From: Owenia fusiformis
Taxonomy: Eukaryota
DNA length: 64,000 bases
Reading direction: 5' to 3'
NCBI GenBank assembly: GCA_903813345.2
Contig: CAIIXF020000001.1
Span: 32,798,001-32,862,000, forward strand
The notes beneath the pieces are model-generated. The model was given only the letters and a program-made list of their open reading frames with translations. It was not told the origin of the DNA and ran no database searches. Numbering within the stretch: position 1 is the stretch's first letter; every line of letters begins with the position of its first letter. A program made the position numbers and the translations under genes. Below are positions 51,451 through 64,000 of the stretch, in pieces.

Positions 51451-51539
51451 GGTTTATGTAGGTTGGGGAAAAGAGCGTTTAAAATCAAAACAACCAAACA
51501 ATGAAATCAGTCATCTTATGGATAAACATAGTAACGTAC

Positions 51540-51719
51540 CAAGTTTTTGACATTTGTCATTTGATTCACATTTTCTTGATTCCTGACTTTCCCCAGAGCA
51601 AGTATTGCCTCCACCTGAGGGTGCAGGGTTGGTACAAGACCTCCTACGCTCTGACTGCCCCTCTCCGCACTCACTGATACAGCTGCTCCACGCACTCCAC
51701 GCTGTCCATGCACCATCAG
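51540..51719 (-). CDS. Host gene exon: thrombospondin type-1 repeat
   Basis: DGAWTAWSAWSSCISECGEGQSERRRSCTNPAPSGGGNTCSGESQESRKC. Bounded by ttctAG and GTacgt; 180 bp, phase 1-1. Confidence 0.92.
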
Positions 51720-51777
51720 CTAGAATGCATTCAGTCATCTATCATGTTTTTACAGCATAGTAATGGTATGTGACATA

Positions 51778-52627
51778 TACTCCTCAGAAACGTTAAGGAC
51801 CAGTATTTTCCTCATTTCCTTATTTTTCCTTTGCATGTTAAACCTTATGTATCTTTAAACTTTATTTTCTAAGCCCGAAACGAAAGAAAACTAATAATGT
51901 AAATGGATATGTACCTTGACTCTATTCTCTATATTTCAGGAAATTTTCAATTTAATCTCCCTATTACAATAGGTCAAAAATTGATGTCAAAGTTGAGGAA
52001 TTTTTTTAAAAAATGGGAAATGGTGGGTTAGGGGCAAATCAGATTTTCGGATATGTATTCGGTAAAACATTTATCAAAAATAATGTCTTAGTAGACAATT
52101 TACTTTTTTACTTTGTGCATGCTTTTTGTTAAGCTTATTTTGTGAGAATTACCGAAATAGAGCATCAACGTATTTTTGACAACTCATTTTGACCCCCTGT
52201 GTTATTTCAATGTTATTTCAGGTTTTATGAGAAATGATTTTGTAAAACCTGGAGAAACAAATCAATTTTTTTGTAGACAATGAGTTAACAAATTCAATTG
52301 TCTATTTACATTCCATTTTTGAGAGGAATTGAATTAATTGATATTTTCTCATATGACTTTTGGCAACCCAACCATTTCCCATTGGATTCAGGGTTCTGCC
52401 ATTTTTTTAATTTTCCTCAAATTTGACATAAATTTTTGACATATTGTAACGGAAATATTGAACTGAAAATTTTCTGAAATATAGAGAATAGAGTCAAGGT
52501 ACATATCCATTTACATTATCAGTTTTTATTTCGTTTCAGGCTTTGAAAATAAGAGCTCGAACAGACATGGGGTCTAACATTTAAACCTATGAGGAAAAAG
52601 ACTGGTCCTTAACTTTTTTTAGGGGTA
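51778..52627. mobile_element. 850-bp non-autonomous Tc1/mariner-like element with long TIRs
   Basis: TA on both flanks. Inverted arms >200 bp, including TAATGTAAATGGATATGTACCTTGACTCTATTCTCTATATTTCAG and its reverse complement at ~52474-52518; termini ...GTTAAGGACCAGT / ACTGGTCCTTAAC... Confidence 0.82.
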
Positions 52628-52736
52628 TATATTATAAAAAGGAAGATCATCAAGAGAGGCCTAGAGAGGATTAACAAGAACAAAAAACTATGGGCGACCC
52701 CAATGGACAAAACCTCAAAATATCACACAGGAGGAG

Positions 52737-55414
52737 TAGTAGATGGGTTAACTGCATTTTAGGGGGTCTGGACTTCAATCTATGATGCAAACGTTTCCTT
52801 TGACATGAGAGTACCTTAGGACCATAGAAACAAATTTATCCAAAGACACACGCCAGATGGCGCTTTATATTGGAAACATTCACATTTTCCAAAATGGCCG
52901 CCAAAAATACAACGGAGACAATATATTTTCTTCTATGCATACTATAATGATACGATTGGTGCCTAAATATACATTTTGTGGGTGAAAAATCAATTTAGTA
53001 TGGATTTGAGTCTTGAAAATTAAGAACTTCCTCGCTATATTAAAAATTTATGCCTTTTTCAAAATGGCTGACAGAGATGTAACAAAGACGATATCTTCAC
53101 GTGTATGCTTACTACAATAGTAAGATTGATGTCCAAGTATACATTAATGGGTTGTAGAATTCATTGTATAAGGTTTATAGTCTTTATTTTCCCAATGAAG
53201 AAAGTTAAGTGGGGATATAGTGAAGCCTTCCGTCCGTTAGTCCGTCAGTCCATCGTCTGTCTTATGTATGATTTTGCAATAATTTTCAGATTCCTCCAAA
53301 GTATGGCCATATGTCAATTAAATTGAAGATGTTGTTAAATTTTATGATTAATTCAAAATGTCTCAGAGAAGGAGTTGATTAGCTATTACTTACAAATATG
53401 TCGTCAAGGTATGATTACAGTATATTAAGTTAGATCTAAAAAAAATTATTGTCTAAATATGATTTTTAGCATTGACTAAATGGTCAACAAAATGTTTAAA
53501 TCAGCGGAAAATCTGATATTGTACTGTATGTCTATTAGTTAACAAACATTTTCACTTTTTATTGAAAATGTATGCCTTTTCTCAATGGCTGTGGAAAATA
53601 TTACAAAAACTTATATCTAACAAGGGCTCTTTAACTTCTTCAAAAGAAGAATACCTGTAGTTTGAAAGTGTAGTTTTGAATATCAATTTGCGATGACGGA
53701 AACCATGCTGAAAACAATGGATAGCATGGGAGATGTGGTTTTCAACTTCAGCGCATTTCAAATGCCGTCCCATTTTAAGTAATTGTTGATATAAATTGAA
53801 GAAACTTTTGATATGTTTAAATTGAGAAAAACAAGTACAAAATAAGCTTAACATTTAAAAAAGTGCCAAGGTGGGATCCTAATCCATAATTTTCCAGAAA
53901 GTTGGATTCATATTTTACAATCATGGGGACTTCACTTGAAATAAAACACATTGTTTTGATAATAAAAACCGTATTTATGGCCATGAAGTACTCATGTTGA
54001 AAGACATATTGCCGTTTAAAATCTTAAAATCTTCATCTCTTAAATGTTCAAATGAGAAAATAAGAATATGAGTAAAATGAGTGAATTTGAGTAAAAAGAA
54101 CATTGAAAGATAATACACATTTGCTGTGTTAGGGCGAAAACGATTACACATAATCCAATTAGCTACTATTACTATTAACTACTATTAGCTATTAGTAGAT
54201 GCGAGTAGTAACAATCTTAATATTTTCACCATTAGAAATTCAAAATTCAGTCTTACTGATGTTGAATTTGGAATCGTCATGAAAAAATACATCAAGAAAT
54301 GTGATTTTGAAAAGAGTCCATCAACTTTAAAATTGAATTTTCTTCGAAAATGTGACATTTAGGTCAGGGAGTTTCCCCATAGTCCCCATGTTGTAAAACA
54401 CAAAATGATTTATCTTTTCTTGTGTTGTGCAGATAATATTTTCTTTTACTGGAGATATTTTGATTTGTACAACTATCAGATACAAAAGAGTAATATGAAA
54501 TGCGAACCAATAAAAAGTAAGAATATTCAAGTTTAAGGGAACTGTGTAATACCCTGCAGTGTTATTTCACCCGAATTAACCACCTGGTGGGGAAAATGGT
54601 AATTTCCTACTTGCGTCTGAGTAATTAAATAGATCTTATTATGAAAGACCTATTTAAATGGATTCTACCAAATATTAATGTATACTTTGACACCACTCTT
54701 ATCATTGCAGCATGCTTAGAAGCGAAGATATCTTCTTTGTTATATTTCTGACAGCCATTTTGAAAAATGCAAACATTTTGAATATAAAGTGCAAGTGCTG
54801 AATTAACAAGACTCGAAACCTGATTAAATAGTTTCTACAACTACATTAATGTATTTTTGACACCAATATTATGATTGTAGCATGCACAGGAGCAAAACTA
54901 TTGTCTCTGATGTATTTTCGGCGGCCATTTTGAAAAATGTGTATATTTCCAATATAAAGCGCCATCTAGCTTGTGTCTTTGGATACATTTGTTTCTTTTG
55001 CCCTAAGGTATTCCATGCAAAAGGGGACATTTTGTAAGGTAAGATATCTTAATTTGCAAGTATTCGTAATGTAAGATACCTTCTTAGTTATATTTCAGTC
55101 ATTTTGAAAACGCGTATTTTTTTAATATAAAGTGGAAGTTCTAAATTTTCAAGACTTAAGATCTAGTAAAATAGATTCTACGACTACATCACTGTATTTT
55201 GACACCAATCTTATAATTGTAGCATGCACAGAAGCAAAGATATTGTCTCTGGTGTATTTTTGGCGGCCATTTTGAAAAATGTGTATATTTCCAATATAAA
55301 GCGCCATCTAGCTTGTGTCTTTGGATAAAATTTCTATAGCCCTAAGGTACTTCCATGCCAAAAGGGACATTTGCATCATACAATGAAGTCCAAATGTAGT
55401 TAACCCGTCTACTA
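52737..55414. mobile_element. 2.68-kb non-autonomous Academ-like DNA transposon
   Basis: Termini TAGTAGATGGGTTAAC / GTTAACCCGTCTACTA and 3-bp TSD GAG (52734-52736, 55415-55417). Inverted arms ~350 bp (AAAATGGCCGCCAAAAATAC, GGCGCTTTATATTGGAAA); the right arm is tandemly duplicated (~54700-55035). No transposase ORF. Confidence 0.78.
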
Positions 55415-55780
55415 GAGTAATCAATACTAAAAACAGATCATCATATAATTCCTCAAAAAACTCTCAGGGCCCACGTTTTCGATTTGAAAAACACTGCTAG
55501 CCTAACGTACAAGGTAATTTATTGGCTGTGATATTTGAAATATTCATATAAATCAGACAATTTTGTAGACATATATGACAGTAGTACTACTCATTTAGGG
55601 TTAAAACAATCGAATGAAGAAAATCTGCAGTCATCTCAACAATTGTGTGGGTTGTCAGACATCATATGATATAATATTCCATTCTATCCTGATGTCTGAG
55701 TTGATCAAATAATATTTATGAATAGATATCTTTAAATTATGAATATCAAAAATTCAAAATATGAGAAGTATGTTAAATAC

Positions 55781-56010
55781 TTTTGATGGCATCTCTCTTG
55801 CATAGTATTCCATGGGAGCTGTTATCACAGTTTATATTTTGCCATCCTACAAAGTTGTTGGATAAAACCACACAATCTAAGTCATCACCATCCGGACTTG
55901 TTCTTGGGTTATCAGTAGCCCAGTTTGTGTAATTCAAAAAGGTACCATCACTCCATGCAAAGTCCCCTTCCTGGAGGTCATCTCGCAATCCTATCCATAT
56001 GATTGTTGAC
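55781..56010 (-). CDS. Host gene exon: C-terminal half of a C-type lectin domain
   Basis: STIIWIGLRDDLQEGDFAWSDGTFLNYTNW...DCVVL...WQNINC...ILCK. Bounded by tctAG and GTattt; 230 bp, phase 2 to phase 1, compatible with both neighbouring exons. Confidence 0.9.
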
Positions 56011-56084
56011 CTAGATTTATAACCATAATGAATACAAACCCTTTTCGTAACAACGTAAACCTTTCATTTCATTAACAATTAGAT

Positions 56085-56345
56085 ACGTTTTTAAATGAAC
56101 CAAACTTTCTTTTGTACAATTACAATAATGAGAGACCTAAAAACGTTGTGTATATTTCATTTTGTTCCAATGAGATTGATTTGGATAAATGTTCCATTTC
56201 ATTCCGAAAATATAATACCGAGAACAAAAGAAGTGTCTGGTGTATTTTCTAAAACAATATAGAGAAAAGTACATTTTTCAAATTAAATTGTTGCCATCCA
56301 AAAGATGATCATTAATTGTCGATGTGTAAAATTTTAAAATTTTAA
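56085..56345. mobile_element. Diverged fragment of the 50716-51450 family
   Basis: TTTGTACAATTACAATAATGAGAGACCTAAA...TTTTGTTCCAATGAG...TTTTCTAAAACAATATAGA matches the reverse complement of ~50790-51030. Confidence 0.65.
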
Positions 56346-57135
56346 AGCTTCGTAGCCTCCCCTTGATACAAATTATCCTGCTTTAGATTCTTGACCAGCC
56401 AACCTATAGTTTCTGGTGGAATATATCCTAATTTTTAACTGAAATTCAACGTTGGCCTATATAGAATGAAAACTACGTATTTCTGATAAAAATGATTTTT
56501 TTGTTGTCATACTGATTACTGAATACGATGTAACGTATCTCTTGTCATGATCAAAAGAGACTAAGCACACCATTGAAAAGTTATTTTTGTCATATTGAAT
56601 GTATTTTTACCAGAATGACGTTTAACAACAGAGAAATCGATATGATATTGTCGTTTTGAATGTCTTTTTACCAGATTCGTTTTTCAATTGAGAATTCAAA
56701 CATTTTTTTGAAAGATGACAACGTGATTTTGCGCCAGACTTACAACATTAATACTTTTTTATCGTGACTGAAATGGTTTATAGTACTGAAGCTATGGCTT
56801 AGTATAGCTATTCTAGTGGGTTTTGACAGAATGAAATTGGTCTTCTTACAACTGAGACATCACTTAAAAATATTACATTACAGACCACGGTGATGTTACG
56901 TTTTTCATGTCCGTTTTTCATCCGATTTAAAATGGTTCAACTTTTAATCACGACCTTGTAAGGGTACTATAATCATTGGATTCATAGTTTTTAGTTTTAT
57001 TTCCATCTAATTTTGCGTGTTTCCATCTTTCTGTAGAAGGCCGGCCACCGACCACGTGCACCCAACTGTCGGTCTTTCTTGTAAACAGATTAACCCCGGA
57101 AAAGTTTACCACAAATTACTTGGCTTTCAGCTTAC

Positions 57136-57298
57136 CCTATCAATCCTTTGATAAAATTATCTTCATCCTGACTAGATATGCTGACAGAGACATCATTGTT
57201 CTGCGTACAAGCCCAGTTCTTCATACTGAAGGTATTAGGGTCAGAGTCCAGAATATAGCACCAAGAACTCCATATAGTGTAGCCACCGGGACATGCTT
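57136..57298 (-). CDS. Host gene exon: N-terminal half of a C-type lectin domain
   Basis: Manual translation ACPGGYTIWSSWCYILDSDPNTFSMKNWACTQNNDVSVSISSQDEDNFIKGLIG. Bounded by ttgcAG and GTaagc; 163 bp, phase 1 to phase 2. Not in the ORF track. Confidence 0.85.
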
Positions 57299-58049
57299 CT
57301 GCAACATAACATACACTTAAATCTCGACGTCTCCAGAAACCGATGATAACTGCGAGTTTTTACACCATCGTACAAATATTTAGCAATTGCTAGCTAGCAG
57401 CTAATCCGCACGCATGATACCACGCCTAACCATCGACAACGTCAGCGTCAAAAATACCGCCGCACAGTCCATTTGTATATTGATATTTGGATGGCCGTTT
57501 CTCTCGACGGAGGAATCGGAGTAGAAATATCATTGATTTTATGAGCATTGGGTCAGTTAACCTCCAATGATTAAATCGTCAATATGTATACTGTATCTAC
57601 TTCAGATTTATTTATTTACAAATTATTGCTACTAATATATCTTAATAGATCAATTCTTAGGTTTCCATTCACTCCTGGTAACAAGCATTTTAAGTCGAAG
57701 GAATATATATTCGAAACACGTTTAATTCTAAAGCTTTCTAGACAAACAAGGGGTAAAGAAGAATCACAACTACCTATGTTTAACAACATTTGTACTAGGG
57801 ACACTTGATTGGAACAACATTTGGATTTCCACCCAAAAACTTATGGAATTTGAAGTTATAAATACTAAATTCTTTGTATTACATCTCATCAATTCCAATG
57901 ACATCGTCAACTTACTATTGACACGCCAATGTACAGTTGGTGCGTCAACGGATCTGATATTTATAATATACAGAATGAATGATTATCTTTTTTTTCACTT
58001 TCCCGCCGTTTTTCAATTAAAAGTTGAGATTTTAAAATATTCCATTATA

Positions 58050-59089
58050 CAGGGTGTTCCAAAAGTAACAGGACTGATGCTGGCATTTTGTTAAATATTC
58101 ACTAATAGTCTTCAAAATTTTACATAATGTACTTCCATGTATCGTTACTAAAACTGTAAGGTTTCGACAAAAAATATGAAACTCTGGTAGAGTTATGGTT
58201 GCTATGGTAACATGACATCACAATACCCGGGGCAACATTTTTATGCTGGGTTACAGAGACATTAAGCATTTTGTACATCCCATATCAAAGTTGAAATGCA
58301 ACAACTGGTGGGAATTACATTTGCTTTACATCATTTTATATTCCTATGTATTCCCTTCTTTGAAAGGAAGGCTTCTCTTTGGTCAGTAGAAGAGTAGCAC
58401 TCTGTATCCATGACTCAAACACATGAGTCAACCCATTTGAGGACATGTCACGCAGGGTAGGTCGGAGAAGGTCATTCTCATCTTTAAAGGTCTTACAGCA
58501 CTGATTAGCATTCCATTCTCCATTATAAGTAAAAATTAGATATTGCATGATCAGAAGAGTATGGTACATGGTTTTAAACCTCAAGACATAGCTCTTCTAT
58601 AGCTGCATGGTTTTTTAAGGCTGACCTGCGGGCAGGCGCATCATCAATGTGCATGACTGGCTTCAAATTGGGTCTTTTCAAAAACTCAACCATGAATTGT
58701 TCAGACTGTTGTACATAGTGATATTCCAGGGAATCGAATAAATATTATTATTATGAAATTATACTTGAATCTGAGTTGTATAGCAACACCTTTACAACAA
58801 AGCAACTCATAAAATAAACCAAGAAGTGTTGTATTACAATAGGTGAATTAGATACTTTCTTCAGTAATACAAAAATGTTATATATCACATTTTCAGGAAA
58901 GAGTTGCCCCGGGTACTGTGATGTCATGTTACTATAGTAACCATAACTCTACTCACATTTAATCATTTTTTCTGAACCTTTACGATGTTAGTTGTTATAC
59001 TTCAAAGTACAATTTGTGAAAATTTGAAGACACTCGGTGCAACATTGACAAACTGCCAGCACCAGTCCTGTTACTTTTGGAACACCCTG
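58050..59089. mobile_element. 1.04-kb non-autonomous Tc1/mariner-like element
   Basis: TA|CAGGGTGTTCCAAAAGTAACAGGACTG ... CAGTCCTGTTACTTTTGGAACACCCTG|TA; imperfect TIRs extend ~190 bp. Confidence 0.9.
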
Positions 59090-59319
59090 TACAGTGCAAA
59101 ACACATTATTTTTAACACTAATTCGAAGATTGAACAAATAGTCCCTGATCTGGTCCCTCTGAAAACAAGTTTTGTTGTCCGGTACTTTCCCACATGAAAT
59201 GATTGTACCGTTTGATAGAACAGACTTCCCTCATAAAGAAAACACCTCTTATATTGATAGAAACAGGGGCAAAAGGCACCAAAATGGGGTTAGACAAGGT
59301 GGCATTCTGAAGTCTCACT

Positions 59320-61055
59320 TTCTAGTCATCACGATTCCAGGAAAACCACTGGATTGATTTACTTCAAATTTTCACACATGTTACATGGTAAGAAGTTCTA
59401 GAGCTGATTAACTTTCCGGCGGCCATCTTGCATTCTGGTGGCCATCTTGGAATTTTTTTAAATAAATATTGTCATCGCGATTTCAGAAAAACCACTTTAC
59501 AGATGTACTTTAAATTTTCACACATGTTACATGGTAAAAAGTCCTAGAGCTCATTCGTTTTCCGGTGGCCGTTTTACATTCTGGCGGCCATCTTGGAAGT
59601 TTTAAGATAAATCTTGTCATCATGATTTCAGGAAAACCAAACGGATTTACTTCAAATTTTCACACATGTTACAAAGAAGTTCTAAAGCTGAATAACTTTT
59701 CAGTGGCCATCTTGCATTTTGGCAGCCATCTTGAAAGTTTTTCGATAAATCTTGTCATCGCGATGCCAGGGAAACCACTGAACAGATTTACTTCAAATTT
59801 TCACACATGTTACATGGTAAGAAGTCATAGAGCTCATTCGTTTTCCGGTGGCCATCTTGCATTCTGGCGGCCATCTTGAAAGTTTTTAGATAAATCTTGT
59901 CATCGCGATTTCAGGAAAACCAAACGAATTTACTTCAAATTTTCACACATGGTAAGGAGTTCTAGAGTTGATTAACTTTTCGGCGGCCATCTTGCATTCT
60001 GGTGGCCATCTAAGAAGTCTTTAGATAAATCTTGTCATCGCAATTCCAGGAAAAACAACTTAACAGATTTTACTTCAAATTTTCACAGAGGTTACATGGT
60101 ACAAAGTCCTAGAGCTCATTCGTTTTCCGGTGGCCATCTTGCATTCTGGCGGCCATCTTGGAAGTTTTAAGATAAATCTTGTCATCGCGATTTCAGGAAT
60201 ACCAAACAAAGGACGATTCTCGGTTTGGAGAACAGTCTCCTGGGCTAATAATTTTTTTCATGAAAAATATAGAAATATTACACAAATTAAACTATGAATA
60301 TTCAAAAGAGGACATTTAAATCTACAAGATGTAAAAATAACAAATTGGTCTGAAGCAGGGATAACGCTCAATTAGACTGATTCAATAAAATACGAGTCTC
60401 GATTTGGGGAAAGAAGTTCATCAGTGTACTGCGCTCATATTTTTTTGCCGAAAATCTAGAAATATTACCCAAATTAAATTATGACTATTCAAAAGAAGAC
60501 ATTCAAATCTATATTATGTAAAAAATCAATCTTGTCCGAAGCAGGGATAATGCTCATTTACATTGATGAACTTCGTTCTCTAAACTGAGAATCGTCCTTT
60601 ACTTCAAATTTTCACACATGTGTTACATGGTAAGAAGTTCTAGAGCTGATTACTTGTAACTTTTCGGCGGCCATCTTGCATTCTGGTGGCCATTACTAGG
60701 AAGTTTTTAGATAAATCTTGACATCGCGATTCCAGGAAAACAACTTAACAGATTTTTTTCAAATTTTAACACTTGTTAATAGAAAGAAGTTCTAGCTCTG
60801 ACTTCGTTCTCCAAACCGAGAATCGTCCTTTACTTCAAATTTTCACACATGTGTTACATGGTAAAAAGTTCTAGAGCTGATTAACTTTTCGGCGGCCATT
60901 TTGCATTCTGGTGGCCATCTTGGAAGTTTTACATAAATCTTGTCATCGCGTATCATGATTCCAGGAAAACCACTTAACGGATTGTCTTCAAATTTTTACA
61001 TGGTAAGAGGTTTTTCAACTGATTAACTTTTCGGCGGCCATCTTGCTTTCTGGGC
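59320..61055. repeat. ~142-bp tandem repeat rich in GG(C/T)GGCCATCTTG, with dimeric alternation
   Basis: TACTT(C/T)AAATTTTCACA recurs at ~59360, 59506, 59648, 59789, 59931, 60071, 60600 and 60831; monomers alternate GAGCTGATTAACTTT and GAGCTCATTCGTTTT. Confidence 0.88.
60208..60600. mobile_element. ~390-bp MITE inserted in the 142-bp array
   Basis: TIRs AAAGGACGATTCTCGGTTTGGAGAAC / GTTCTCTAAACTGAGAATCGTCCTTT; the interior is two ~180-bp direct repeats. Confidence 0.78.
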
Positions 61056-64000
61056 CATCAAGTCCACACTGCTACATGTATGTTTTAGGTACGATCCTGT
61101 TCACCATGTGCTTTGTACTTTATACCACAAATATGATTTTGTGTTTATACTTCCCTCATAAAGAAAGCAGCTTTTATATTGATATAAACAGGGGCAAAAG
61201 GCACTAAAATGGGATTACGCAAGGTTGCATTCTAAAGACAACTTTTCACTTTTTCTTTATTTTATACCACAGAGGTGCATATTTCGTGTATGGTATCAAG
61301 TTATTTTTAAAACCTTGATATATTGAAACGGGGCGAAAGGCACTACGTGAGGTTATAAGTGAGGTTACACAAGGTCGTATTCTAAAGACAACGTTTAATA
61401 TGCTTCTAATAATTTGACACAAATGCAGATCATGTATGATATAATCTTCTATATTAATAGAAACATGCTTCAATGGGGTAACACAAGGTGATATTCTAAA
61501 ATATAACTTTTTATTCTGTTTCTGTGCTTTATACCACACAAATGCATTTTGTGTTTGACATCAATCGATTTTTAGAATAAATTACTACATTACCTTTAAT
61601 CAATAAAAAAGATTATTGAAAACGTCAAACATTTCTTTGAAATCCAACAATGCACAGTGATTTTTGGAGTGAAATGTATGCTAAATTGGCATTGATCTGA
61701 GTATATTACGAAATTGAAGCTCTTTTAAGAGAAGATATATGTATGTGGCCTATATGTATGGACAACTTTTCACTGTGCACCATGTCACGAGACCTTTATA
61801 ACTTCTAAAAATCAATTGATGTCATACACAAAATGCATCTATTATGTGGTATAAAGTACAAACACATAGTAAACAAGGAACAAGGTGAACAATATCGTAC
61901 CTATAACATAGCAGTGTGGACTTGATGACCCAGAAAGCAAGATGGCCACCGAAAACTTCTAGAACTTCTTACCATGTAACATGTGTAAAGATTTCAAGAA
62001 AATCAGTTAAGTGGTTTTCCTGGAATTAGTCCAGGAGTAAACGAATGAAACACATTAAATTCTCAGACATTTAGCTGGCCATAAATATTGTTTCAATGAC
62101 AGAACAGATTATCTTAATGTTTCAGTTTGAAATTCTATATCTCTGTTCATATGAGTATACTAGTAGATAGAATATCTGTATCAGCTATTTGAATGTCAAA
62201 GCAACTTTTAATACTTGTAGTTCAATGCAGAGTTTTTACATTTCAATTAGACCATAGGCATAGCAATGGGGGGTGCAATTGGTGATCGCACCCCCACCCC
62301 CCCCCCCCCCCATAACCAATAAAATATAACCATGAGAAGAAAAGAGCTTTAGTCTCTGATAAATCAGACTACGTATACCGCCATGTTTACATTAGGGGAT
62401 TAGAAGGGTTTACTTTTATTTAGGTATGCAAGCAATATCAATATTAGGCCTTCATGCATGTACTCGTGTGTACAATCAGCATGCCCTTCAATATTATATA
62501 AACCAGGCTATTCAAGCACTACATAATGTACACTGTTTATGTGTGTACGTACTACATGGGAATACGATTCCCTGGGAAACAAAACACAAATACTTTTTAT
62601 ATGTTCAAAATGAGCCATTTGATTGATGTATACACTTAAAGGGATGTTAAGCAGATATGTAGGTCAGTATTACATAATCATGAAATGAATAAGTCTGAAA
62701 ATACAATTGGTCAGAATGTGCTAAAACCTGCTTGAAACTGAAAAACATTGCATGCTGTATTCCACACAATTTGGAGGCTTTTGAAATTGGCAGTAACAAT
62801 GAATAAGTGCCTGTATATAATCATTGCATAGAAAACACTTCATGTAGTGTTTATGAGATGTATTGAGTATTGACCAAAATACTCCTTTGTTAACTATATA
62901 CTGGAGTACATACTGGCACCCTTACAAATATGTTATTGTAGAATTAGCCCATAAGAGCTTTGCAAAATCAACATCTTATACTATCAACCTAATAGACGAC
63001 TTGTCCAACCTTAAAGGCAAACTATTATAGACAAATTTGAAGATAAGACTGTTATTGTCACATTGAATTATGATAATAAGCATATTATTTTTTTGAAATA
63101 TTTTGCACCGGTATAACCATGCCCAGTAGAATAATACACATGGTTACCCAAAATTGTAGAAACATGAATATGTTTCTTATAAGTAATTAATTCATATATC
63201 CCAAGATTTCACCCCTTCCCTTCCTGACCAAACCTTGTTTGATTTTTGATTTTTGATTTTTTTTAAATAAAAGAAACTACTCTTTTTGACATCTTATCAT
63301 TTTTATTTCCATATGTTATTGACGTGAGAATTCAAATGATCAATGGGAAAACAATGCTAAACTTGCACACTGAAATAGGTATTCCAGCAGGCCTAGGAAA
63401 ATATGGCTAGAAAAAGATGCAACACCTAAGGGCTACAGGTGGACAAACTACTCCCCCTGAAAAGTATTTTAAGGGTCAGATCACCAAATTCATGATTGCG
63501 TTGAAAAGCTTTGAATGTTAATTTTCAAGAATGGATGTATTACAAAAGAAGAAAATATGTAGAATTCACATTGTTTATTTCGAGTGATTCTTTAGTGTCA
63601 AGTTTTGTTTCTAGTGACAGCATGTTACTGAATATATCATCAAGTGAGCTAAACTACAGCAGCTAAAATAAGCATACAGAAATATTTTAATTCAGTATGA
63701 TTCAGAGATAGAAGGGGATTATACAGTTATAAGGGATAGCAATTTATTTATTATCTTCCAATTTAACTAAATTCTTGAATTTGAAGATCTACTGCTATAT
63801 TGTTTAATATGCATTATGATAGATCGATTTGATGGTAAGAACTAGTATGTGATATGATCGATTTTATTTTTTGTCATCATTGCTAAGGAATACAATAATA
63901 CCATTCCAATTAATGATAACTCACTTATTGTATTACTTGTGCTTGATACACATGCTGGAAGATAATAATTTTAAAATCAGTAAACCATTACCAAAACTTT

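Noticed and set aside
53180..53265. Possible degraded head of another HINE family (T-run, weak palindrome, CCGT repeats); similar at ~50205-50290
   Set aside because: Too degenerate, and no matching 3' end was found.
62100..64000. Upstream exons or promoter of the lectin/TSP1 gene
   Set aside because: No convincing splice-bounded coding segment was recognised; only AT-rich sequence and a poly(C) run at ~62290-62311.

Overview
AT-rich eukaryotic, probably invertebrate, genomic DNA made up almost entirely of transposable elements, plus three exons of a minus-strand host gene (C-type lectin domain and thrombospondin type-1 repeat). Positions 1-26187 and 28522-39177 are arrays of ~1.4-2 kb non-autonomous Helentron/DINE-1-like (HINE) elements. 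They show a 5' palindromic subTIR AGACTCCAGAT, a 3' subTIR with stem-loop and CTAG end, internal ~133-bp subrepeats and microsatellites. The arrays are not simple head-to-tail repeats: 5' heads are stacked together and followed by runs of headless bodies, which suggests repeated insertion of elements into the (TTA/TTC)n tract behind each other's 5' head. One 10.7-kb nest splits ORF2 of a decayed esterase-bearing LINE (26188-~43495, minus strand), and removing it restores the reading frame exactly; the other nest abuts that LINE's 3' tail. A second, CR1-group LINE (45242-49405, 11-bp TSD) has a hydrophobic leader ending in a 2A-like DVHPNPGP motif. The rest holds several TIR elements (Tc1/mariner-, Academ- and possibly Kolobok-like) and a ~142-bp tandem repeat. 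The many short ORFs in the arrays are artefacts. All family assignments come from motif recognition by eye, with no database searches.
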